Positions 44,945 through 60,183 of a stretch of DNA of 64,000 bases are shown here, one piece after another; position 1 is the stretch's first letter; the number at the start of each line of letters is the position of its first letter. This stretch comes from the human T2T-CHM13v2.0 reference genome, Homo sapiens. Under the pieces are notes generated by a model. It did not search any database. It was not told the DNA's origin and saw nothing but the letters and a program-made list of their open reading frames with translations. The position numbers and the translations under genes are program-made. The stretch lies in assembly GCF_009914755.1 (NCBI RefSeq), contig NC_060930.1; one strand, written 5' to 3'.

Positions 44945-47900
44945 GTAAGTATGCTTGTATTTACCATATACCTTAAAGGTTTACCCTCCTTGAAATACGG
45001 TGCATCATACTGGTAGTTGACAAATGGAGAAATCTTCATGGATAATACAAGGGTCGTAATAGCTAAGTAAAAAAATACCTGTCTGGAAGTTAGAAAAAAA
45101 CATTTTCAGCATCTATGCTATAAGATGTATAAGAAAACCCAGAATTCTGTGTCTTTATTGTATCTTTCAACCAGAAATCAGTCAATGTTGAAGGTCTCTT
45201 TAGTACTCTGATGACTATAAGGAAGATTCGGCAGAAGGAAACAGACAGCATGTGAAGTGTGTACTCTGAGAAGGAGGAGGCATTGCCAGCCATTCCCTAT
45301 CACTTGCTAAAAATCTGTGAATCACAGAAGCATCTTTAACAAAGTAAGATGAAGGTAGGATCCATCACATGAGATATTTAGACCTGGCTTAATATGGCAA
45401 TCTACTTATTGGAGACTATAAGGGCACGATGGCAAAGGGAAAATAAACGAGCTATTAAAATAAGAAAAATAATTTCAACATCCCGTCATTTTTAATATGA
45501 GCTAAACTTGAGTTCAGGGCACATATGTCTGTTATAAGCATGCATTTTATCATTTAATAAGTCCAAACGAAAATTGTTTAATGCAAGAACTTATAGGACA
45601 GCTCATGCAAATGGAGGAAGCAATCAGATTCAAAGAGCTGTTATACTCATGTTTTGTAGTGTCTGTAATGAACTGAAATGCAAAACAGACACTGCACAGT
45701 TGTTTCCTGGTCCATTTCAAATCACTAAGCCAGAGACACATCTTGTCAGTGAAGGGGAACCAGCACTATATCATATACTCCTTCAGGTTTAAGACAGCAT
45801 GTTGATGTGGAACTCATGTGATATGTTTTCCTTCTGCCCAGAAACAAACAAACAAAAAGTAAAATACTGAAAGTCCAGTTTAATTCAGATAAATTTAATT
45901 CTGCTAACAGATACATTTGAATGGGTTGTTTCAAATGGATCTGTGTGATTTAGTACTAATGTGTCCAGTGATTTTTAGAATGCATTGGCATCTTTATCTT
46001 ACCTTTTGTAAAGATAAATAATTTCTCTTGGTGAAGCTCTTTGAAGCCCTTGGAAAATACTGACTAAAGTTCAATATCTGATTATTTATCTTTTTATCTA
46101 GGATCATGGTTTCCAAAATGTAACTCTACAGATTGTGGACCATATGTTTTCAAGTACAGAACTATTTTCCAAAAGTATTCGCTTCTTATGTTCAATAATA
46201 GAATTACTTGTCTGCTGGATACCATGCAATTTTGTTATGCAAGTATAATAAATTTTAAAAGCTGACATTTGTCTCTTTTAGAAAGAATAGTTTCATAAAT
46301 GGAGAAATAGGATTTGTAAATTTAACCTTTTAAGGCTGGGACCTGTGTCTATGGCTATTAAAAATAAAATAAGATGAAGTGCAAATTGATAGATTGGCTT
46401 AGCCATGACATTGGATCAAAAAGAGACGGTTTGACTACAAAGGTACTACAATAGAGAATTTTTTCACGTTTTGGAACTTTTGGAATTTTTATCATGACAT
46501 TGTGATGATTACATGAGGCTATAGTCCTTTAAACTCATTAAACTGCATTAAAAAAACCTCACTATAGATAGATAGATACATGATAGATAGATAATAGGAG
46601 TATAGAAGCATATGCATGGATACACACATTTTAAAACATATTGAATACTAAAATATGTAAATTTATTTATATATGAATTATACCTCAATAATATTGCTTA
46701 AAATATGATCTTATCATTTTCTATATATTCAGACTTACAAAGCTACAACCTAAATAACTGGTCATGCTTCTGTTATAAAAAGAACAAATAATTTTTATAT
46801 AATGTACACGATACAATGGCTTTGAACAGTATCAAATATATGGTCTCACACTTTAAAATATTTGGTAATTTTGAATAAGACAGCCAAAATAATTGATCTG
46901 TGATAACTTTTTAAATTAATTGGAATAATATCCATTTTTCTATTTTTCAGATGAGTCTCTTAAACTTAGTCCTCAGGCCTTTTTTTTTCATATTTTAGAA
47001 CTGAGAATTATTACTGGAAAATCATCTCCAAATTCAACTTTAGAAAAAGACTTCTATTTACATTAACTGAGTCTTCTCATATATAACAAAACGACTCAAG
47101 CAATGCATTTCTACTTGCTGGTAAATAATATTTGTGTGTTCTTGCCTATATTGTTTGCCTTTTGATGACAATTTTTTTCACTACTTTTCTATTTAAAAAC
47201 TACTACATATCATCATTTGTGTGGGACACTAGAAGGTCAGTTGGCACCACTGACATTTTATATCACCTAAGTTCTTATTTTCATTAGATATGATAATTGA
47301 AATGGCACTTTTCTTTATTAAAACATTTTCACGTTGAAGCATGAAAATCTTATTTTATTAATTTTTAAAAACTAAAGCTCTCATCCATAAATGTTTTTTA
47401 ATTGCAAATTATCACTGCAAAAGATAAGTTGCATGTTCATAAAATAATTCAAATGAACACAATTGAAGAAAGAGGATGCTGTTAAGATGAGATGTCAATT
47501 AAAGGCCAACCAGTGGGCCAAAAAGAACATTTTGGTAAAAGTTTTATCTGCATAAATTTCTAGTTGGAGAATTATCTATCAATTGGTGTGTTCATTTATA
47601 AGGCTTGTGTGTGTGTGTGTGCGTGTGTTTCCAAAGTTTGTCGGTAATGGTCATTACATTTTATAATTATTATATATCTATGATTTGGCTTTTTTATATT
47701 TGTCACTTGGATACTCTAAACTGGGCATTTCACTTAATTTTCATTTATTCAAATATTACTGAGGCTGAGTACTTCTTTTCCATGCATTTATTGGCCATTT
47801 GTATTTCTTCCAACTTGCAAATTTTAATGATAGTTATTGAGTATCTACTGCAGTGAATAAAACAACCATTTCTACCTTCCTGGAGCTTTCATTCCAATAA

Positions 47901-48101
47901 AGGCATAATCACATTTTTAATGACTTTCTGTTGGTACATTAATTATTAATATTTTAACATTTAGATAAATTAGTATTTGTTATTTGATTTTTGACCATTA
48001 AATTTATATATTCTTTTATCCATTAATGTCTCTTCATGATAGTTTCTGAGTTACATATTGGTGTTTAGAAATATGTTTTCTACCTTATATTTATCTGATG
48101 A

Positions 48102-48426
<325 letters not shown>

Positions 48427-51400
48427 TTTTTTTTTACTTTCTTGTCAATTTTGCCACAGTAAAAGTTATTATATTACATGTGATGAGATACATTCCAAAT
48501 TAAAAAAAAAATCCTCTGATATTCAACTAATTGTACCAGTATTTCAATTGATTGATCTTTCCTTCTCCTACTGACTTAAAATGACTGTTTTATAATGTAT
48601 CACATTATGTTAAATGTAAGCATCTGTATGTGGGATACCTCTTTATTTGCATGGACTTATATATTCTTCCATTCATTCTCTATCTATTTAATTACCTAGC
48701 ATCATTACATACTTCAATATCTATTCACACCTTATAATTCTTCTTTTAAAAGAAACAAAACTATGTTAACTAAACTTGCCCATTTTTAATTTTCATTAAA
48801 GTTTAAAAAACTTTACAATCTCCTAAGAGGAATTGTGTTAGGATTTTTACTTTGAATTATATAAAAACTATTTTTAAATGCTAACCAGTGGTCACTACTA
48901 AAGTATTTAGCATTCCCAACTAAAAATATGATATAGCTCACTTTTTAGTTCACATATTTTAAATTTCAATAAATTCTAGAGTTTATTCATATATATCCTA
49001 CAGAGTTTTGGTTCAATTTTTGGTGTTTTGTATTTTGGGTTGATAATACACATGCAGTTATTTTTCCATTATATTTTCTAATTGACTATTAACACATTTT
49101 TTAAAATTCACATCAGATCCCACCCCCAGAGGCCCTCCCTGCACCCCACCCAATGGATTGGATAAATTGGACTTTGTGATCATGAAATGTTTTCTAATGT
49201 TGATCCTTTTTTATTTTTCTTTACTAAATATTATGTACTCATGGGCTTTAGAAACCATTCTGGTTTACTGCCATTCAAAGATAACCTTTTTCATATTAGT
49301 TATTGATAAATATTTGTTTTTTAATTTGAAAAGTTTAATCTTCCAGTTCCTTCACATGGATAAATCTGTGCTACTTTTCAGGTTACAGATTTTCAGTCCA
49401 AATAGTGCAAGCTGTTTATAAACGGCAAAGCACTGCAACCAATTAGCCTGCATGATATATGTCATTACAAAAATGAAGATAAAGCTTTTAGGCAAACAAA
49501 CAAAAAGAAACTTTCCCTGGGTTTAACATCTCAAGTGTCTATATAAGCTTAATTAAAGGCATTGGGATGAGGGGTGCATAAAGGCATTTATAAGACTTCA
49601 TTTGGGTTTCCATCTGTCTTCTTATTTTCTTCTCACACACTGTCACAGTTACTCAAAAATAAGGCTTTGAAAGTAAAGCTGAAGCTGTGCAAAGAATTTC
49701 TAACATAATGGAAAAATCAGTAAAAACCTGTCTTTTTTTGTCTTGCTTCTGATTGAGTTATCACTACACAAAATTTGTTCCTTCAGGGTTTAAAAAAATT
49801 AACACTGCATTTTACTACGAATTCCAACTGAGACAAACCTGGACCTATTTCCACATTGATTCCCAGCCCAGTCAGTTATGTTTCTCAAGGATTTTTATAA
49901 ATAGATTATAAATTTCCATGTAGAGTACCAACCCAATCAGTTATCTTCTCAAGGATCTTTATTAAATAAGTTATTGAACAAATTGGTCTTATTAGAATAA
50001 TTATCTTTCATCTCACTCAGGCTCCTGTTCACAGAATCTAGGGACAGAGTTGAAACAACAAGGGTAAATTGGAATGGGATTCAGAATGCAGTGTTTGGTT
50101 TACCTCAGAAAAATAACCCTAATCTATGTCTGCTCAAAAACCTAGGTTTTAATACTAAAGCAAAATATAGGAAAGTGGGTACCCTTAGCAATTACCTAAT
50201 GAATTCACTCACTCAACAGTAAAACTGGGTCATTCAGGGTAAACTTTACTATATGTTTAGCACTTTTTTTTTGTATTTTATAAAATCATAGTTGGAAGGA
50301 ACATTTTATCCACTAACATCATAGCCCTTGAAAGGTAGTCTCTCCAATTGACCCTTGCTACATGTCTATTTTACATAATGACACAGAATTATTCAGTGAG
50401 AAAAATGTATATAGTAATAAATTTCAAGGATAGGCATACAACGTATTCCATTTAGTTCAATACTTGGTGAATAGCTCCTGTTAGACCAGGTGTAGGGATC
50501 GATATGTGAGGCACAAAGATGAACAAGAAAACATTCCTTCACTCAAGGAGTAAATAATCCTATGTAAGGTCAGACATAGGGGTTGCAATTTGCTTTTGAC
50601 CACAGGCTGTGAGAAGATGGAGATGAAAGCAGCACACTTCTGAAGGTTCTGGAAGGCTTCTTAGCTCTATAGCATAGGCCCATAAAAAGTAGGTATACAT
50701 GTCACCATCTTCATCCCAACTGTAAAGCCATCACTCAGAAGACCATGAAGTGTAAATGTTAGCCTTTTAAAGGATGTTATGTTTGCAAATTAAACTCTTA
50801 GGGAGAAATATTGAGTGCTGTCTGTATCCTTGGCTAGGCATTTTCTCAAGGCGTTCCACAAATCCCTTGGGTATATGACGTAAAATCTTGACTGTTCCTT
50901 TGTTTTCCTGCCCTAGTTTCCAAGCTATATCAAATCTCTCTCATGCTGAATTACAAACTCTTCCTATTTGGACCACTTGATCATAGGGTACCACGTTCAA
51001 CTCCAAAGTCGGCTTCATAACACTTGAAAGGTGAGCTGGTCAGCACCCCTTAATGATCTGCAGTTTCAACATCCTATCCACCACTTCACCAGACTGTTAC
51101 CTTCCCCAGACATGATTGACAATCCTCAGTATTTTCCAGCTGGACTGCTCCACTGATCTTGCTTTGAGCAGCCTACAGTTATGCAGTATCCCTCACCCTA
51201 GACTGGTTTCATCAGTCTGGGTAAGGAAAGGAAATTTCTGAACACTTTTTGGAAGCATGACCTAACTCCAACCTATTTGTTGACATCAGACAATTTTCTA
51301 AACATGTACATGGTGGCCTCCTTCAAACTAATCAACTAAGAATCAGGTAAAATTAAAATCTTTTAAAAATCTTTTCTTTTCTAAACTATTTTTAGAAATA

Positions 51401-51714
51401 AATTTTCAGAGTTATGATACATTACTTTGAACGGCAATTAGAGTGAAACGTTTTTATTCTTGATTTGATTAGATATTTAACCATCAAGCTTGATAAAACT
51501 GATATTTTGGATAGAAGGGAAGTCTGATCATAAAATAATGGCAATGTTTGTATTACTTGACAATGTTTGGGTGTTATTTGCAAACTTCTTCTAAATTAGC
51601 CTTTTTAAATTGGTTTGAAAAAAATGTAAGAATGTTAGAATTTTTACTGAAAACTCAAATTGAATAATTAAGAAACAAATATGGAGAAGTACTATACTGT
51701 TTTAAAAAACAGCC

Positions 51715-52420
51715 TTATCTTAGAAAACTACACCCCAGTTGCAATAAACACACCTAACTCCCAGATGTTGGTTTCTAATACCATTCTCCACAGAAAGAAA
51801 ACAGAGTTCTTTGGAGAAATGGCTGATTCCAGGAATTAGGCATGAAAAATTCCAGAAGAGCCTGCAGAATGCCAGAAAATAAGGAAATGGGGAAAAACAA
51901 AATAACAACAACAATAATACAGAGCCAACTACCAACTAACCAAACAAACGAAATTCTGAAGGGGTTCCCAATAGCCAAAGCTGGAACTATTTGAGTAACA
52001 AAATGAAGTAGTGTCAGAATATAACAAAAATATATATCCATGAGTCCATACTGATACAAATAGATGACTGAATAATTTCGGAGAGAACAGACGTGTTTCC
52101 CTTGGAGAATAATTCCAAATAATTTATGTAGCTATTCAAGGAAGCAGAACATAACTCCTCATTCATTAAAGTGTTAGCTTCACATAGTGATTTTCTTCCA
52201 AGGAGACACTATGAAATGGGAGAGAAAAGAGTGGTTTTACAATGGAGAAACCTACAAAACACTATTATTCTTCCGCTTTTCATCATTTTTACCTATCCCC
52301 TTTTCTATTCCAGTATCCCATCCAGGATATCGCACTGCATTTATTTTTCTTATTCCTAAGGCTTTTCTTGGCTATGACAATTTCTCAGAGTTTTCTTGTT
52401 TTTGATGACCTTGCAAGGAT
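51715..52420 (+). mobile_element. L1MC/MD-like 3'UTR fragment with an inverted distal piece (about 52265-52420)
   Basis: ttggtttctaataccattctccac...ggagaaatggctgattccagg...ggagaaacctacaaaacacta, then antisense ttttcttgtttttgatgaccttg. Confidence 0.7.
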
Positions 52421-53045
52421 GTGAAAGAATAAATACTGTAAAAGCAACATTGGTGTAACCGAAATCATTTATTCAGAAGACATTGGAAAGCAAGAAATTG
52501 AATTTTCAGACTAAGAATCAGAGGATAAGCGACATGTTCATTTGGATGATAGAACAAAATCATTTTCAATCTGGGACTTAATTTTAGTTTGGTTCATAAG
52601 TAATTTACCATTGAATATGTCTTAAAATAACTTTGCTAAGTTGTGTTAGCAAACTTTTAAGATATTTAATTTTTAATTCTGGTAAAAACATATTCAGCAA
52701 TATTATTGTTTGATAATTTGAACTATTATAGAATTTGCATTCTAAGAATATTTTGTAATATCTTCAAGATTAAGCTAAAATTCACGCATGTCAAACCATA
52801 TCCTAAAAAGAAAATTAATTATTACCAGAATTTTCACAAGGTGTTCTGGAAAATAATGTGATGTTTTCAAGCTTTTAGAGGTTATATACAATACTTATAT
52901 GCTGAAATACCTTAATACGCCACTCAAAATGCATATTTCTTAACTATAGAGTAGCTTTCTAATCTGTTAGACTCTGGACTACTGAAATATAAAAAGTATA
53001 TATGAAACTAAATGATACTTTCCTTTTTTATGATATAATACATAG

Positions 53046-53410
53046 TGATATGGTTTGGCTGTGTCCCCATCCAAATCTCATCTTGAATTGTAACTCCCAT
53101 AATCCCCATGTCTTGTGGGAGGGATGTAGTGGTAGGTCATTGAATCATGAGGGTGAGTTTTTCCCGTGCTGTTTTCATGATAGTGAATAAGTCTCATGAG
53201 ATCTGATGGTTTTATAAAGAGAAGTTCCCCTGCACATGCTCTCTTGCCTGCTGCCATGTAAGACATGCCTTTGCTCTTCCTTAGCCTTCTGCCATGATTG
53301 TGAGGTCTCTCCAGCCATGTGGAAGTGTGAGTCCATTAAACCTCTTTTTCTTTATAAATTACCCAGTATTGAACATGTCTTTATTAGCAGCTTGAGAACA
53401 AACTAATACA
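53046..53410 (+). mobile_element. THE1B solo LTR
   Basis: tgatatggtttggctgtgtcccc...gagatctgatggttttataaa...aactaataca, full length. Confidence 0.92.
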
Positions 53411-53519
53411 CATGAAAAATATAATTATGTTAATTTTCAAGTTTTTAAAAAAAATTCTTAAATTCTGTTTCTCACTTTCTATTCTGTCTCTTCGTAATTT
53501 GTAAGAAAACATATTTATT

Positions 53520-54533
53520 GGTGGAGCCAAGATGGCTGAATATGAGCAGCTCCAGTCTACAGCTCCCAGTGTGAGTGACGCAGAATATGGGTGATTTCTG
53601 CATTTCCAACTGAGGTACCGGGTTCATCTCACTGGGGAGTGCCGGACAGTGGGTGCAGCGTACTGTGTGAGCCAAAGCAGGGCGAGGCATCGCCTCACCT
53701 GGGAAGCGCAAGGGGTCAGGGAATTCCCTTTCCTAGTCAAAGAAAGGGGTGACAGACAGCACCTGGAAAATCGGGTCACTCCCACCCTAATACTGCACTT
53801 TTCCAACAGGCTTAACAAATGGCACACCAGGAGATTATATCCCGCACCTTGCTTGGAGGGTCCTATGCCCATGGAGCCTCGCTCATTGCTAGCACAGCAG
53901 TCTGAGATCAAACTGCAAGGCGGCAGTGAGGCTGGGGGATGTGCGCCCACCATTGCCGAGACTTGAGTAGGTAAAAAAAAGCGGCTAGGAAGCTCGAACT
54001 GGGTGGAGCCCACCACAGCTCAAGGAGGCCTGTCTGCCTCTGTAGGCTCCACCTCTGGGGGCAGGGCACAGACAAACAAAAGGCAGCAGTAACCTCTGCA
54101 GACTTAAATGTCCCTGTCTGACAGCTTTGAAGAGAGTAGTGGTTCTCCCAGCTCGCAGCTTGAGATCTGAGAATGGGAAGACTGCCTCCTCAAGTGGGTC
54201 CCTGACCCCCGAGTAGCCCAACTGGGAGACATCCCCCAGTAGGGGCAGACTGACACTTCACACGGCCGGGTACTCCTCTGAGACAAAACTTCCAGAGGAA
54301 CGATCAGGCAGCAGCATTTGCGGTTCACCAATATCCGCTGTTCTGCAGCCACCGCTGCTGACACCCAGGCAAACAGGGTCTGGAGTGGACCTCCAGCAAA
54401 CTCCAACAAACCTGCAGCTGAGGGTCCTTCCTGACTGTTAGAAGGAAAACTAACAAACAGAAAGGACATCCACACCAAAAACCCATCTGTATGTCATCAT
54501 CATCAAAGACCAAAGGTAGATAAAACCACAAAG
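53520..54533 (+). promoter_or_regulatory. L1 5'UTR (internal sense and antisense promoters)
   Basis: YY1-type CAAGATGGC at 53528-53536. Many CpGs have decayed. Activity is not shown by the sequence. Confidence 0.75.
53624..53953 (-). CDS. LINE-1 ORF0-like antisense ORF (109 aa)
   Basis: MVGAHPPASLPPCSLISDCCASNERGS...IRVGVTRFSRC matches the primate L1 ORF0 peptide. Frame open from ATG 53953 to stop 53624. Expression unknown. Confidence 0.55.
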   Translation of the reverse strand: MVGAHPPASLPPCSLISDCCASNERGSMGIGPSKQGAGYNLLVCHLLSLLEKCSIRVGVTRFSRCCLSPLSLTRKGNSLTPCASQVRRCLALLWLTQYAAPTVRHSPVR

Positions 54534-56014
54534 ATGGGGAAAAAACAGAGCAGAAAAATCAGAAACTCTAAAAATCAGAGCACCTTTCCTCCTCCAAACG
54601 AATGCAGCTCCTCACCAGCAATGGAACAAAGCTGGACGGAGAATGACTTTGATGAGTTGAGAAAAGAAGACTTCACAAGAACAAACTACTCCAAGCTAAA
54701 GGAGGAAGTTCGAACCAATGGCAAAGAAGTTAAAAACCCTGAAAAAAAAATTAGACGAATGGATAACTAGAATAACCAATGCAGAGAAGTCCTTAAAGGA
54801 CCTGAAGCAGCTGAAAACCAAGGCACAACAACTACGTGATGAATGCACAAGCCTCAATAGCCGATGCGATCAACTGGAAGAAAGGGTATCATCAATGGAA
54901 GATGAAATGAATGAAATGAGGCGTTGAAGAGAAGTTTAGAGAAAAAATAATAAAAAGAAACGAACAAAGCCTCCAAGAAATATGGGACTATGTGAAAAGA
55001 CCAAATCTACGTCTGATTGGTGTACCTGAAAGCGATGAGGAGAATGGAACCAAGTTGGAAAACACTCTGCAGGATATTATCCAGGAGAACTTCCCCAATC
55101 TAGCAAGGTAGGCCAACATTCAGATTCAGGAAATACAGAGAATGCCACAAAGATACTCCTCGAGAAGAGCAACTCCAAGACACATAATTGTCAGATTCAC
55201 CAAAGTTGAAATGAAGGAAAAAATGTTAAGGGCAGCCAGAGAGAAAGGTCGGGTTACCCACAAAGGGAAGCCCATCAGACTAACAGCGGATCTCTCAGCA
55301 GAAACTCTGCAAGCCAGAAGAGAGTGGGGGCCAATATTCAACATTCTTTTTTTTAATTTTTTTTAATTTTTAATTTTTTAATTTATTTTATTTTTTTTAG
55401 TACTTATTGATCATTATTGGGTGTTTCTCAGAGAGGGGGATGTGGCAGGGTCATAGGATAATAGTGGAGAGAAGGTCAGCAGATAAACACGTGAACAAAG
55501 GTCTCTGGTTTTCCTAGGCAGAGGTCCCTGCGGCCTTCCACAGTGTTTGTGTCCCTGGGTACTTGAGATTAGGGAGTGGTGATGACTCTTAACAAGCATG
55601 CTGCCTTCAAGCATCTGTTTAACAAAGCACAACTTGCACTGCCCTTAATCCATTTAACCCTGAGTTGACACAGCACATGTTTCAGAGAGCACGGGGTTGG
55701 GGGTAAGCTTATAGATTAACAGCATCCCAAGGCAGAATAATTTTTCTTAGTACAGAAAAAAATGGAGTCTCCTATGTCCACTTCTTTCTACACAGACACA
55801 GTAACAACATTCTTAAAGAAAAGAATTTGCAACCCAGAATTTCATATCCAGCCAAACTAAGCTTCATAAGTGAAGGAGAAATAAAATTATTTACAGACAA
55901 GCAAATACTGATTTTGTCACCACCAGGCCTGCCTTACAAGAGCTCCTGAAGGAAGCACTAAACATGGAAAGGAAAAACCGGTACCAGCCACTGCAAAAAC
56001 ATGCCAAATTGTAA
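54534..56014 (+). pseudogene. L1 ORF1p remnant
   Basis: MGKKQSRK... start. Frameshifts near 54745, 54925 and 55910, a CAG>TAG change near 55109, and the SVA insertion. Confidence 0.93.
55349..55804 (-). mobile_element. 5'-truncated SVA (SINE-R plus tail only; SVA_A/B-like)
   Basis: ttattgatcattattgggtgtttctc...ggtcataggataatagtggagagaaggtcagcagataaacacgtg...cacagacacagtaa is the antisense SINE-R. T-tail 55349-55398. TSD caacattctt at 55339-55348 and 55805-55814. Confidence 0.93.
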
Positions 56015-56076
56015 AGACCATCAAGGCTAGGAAGAAACTGCATCAACTAATGAGAAAATAACCAGCTAACATAATA

Positions 56077-59902
<3,826 letters not shown>

Positions 59903-60117
59903 ACAATGAGAACACATGGACACAGGAAGGGGAACATCACACACTGAGGCCTGTTGTGGGGTGGGGGGGAGGGGGGAGGGATAGCATTAGGAGAGATACC
60001 TAATGCTAAATGACGAGTTAATGGGTGCAGCACACCAACATGGCACATGTATACATATGTAACAAACCTGCACATTGTGCACATGTACCCTAAAACTTAA
60101 AGTATAATAAAAAAAAA

Positions 60118-60183
60118 GATAGCGCCAATGCACTCCAGCCTGTGTGACAGAGTGAGACTCCATCTCAAAAAAATAAATAAAAA
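60118..60183 (+). mobile_element. Alu 3'-terminal fragment (about 50 bp plus A-rich tail)
   Basis: gatagcgccaatgcactccagcctgtgtgacagagtgagactccatctcaaaaaaa. Confidence 0.9.
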
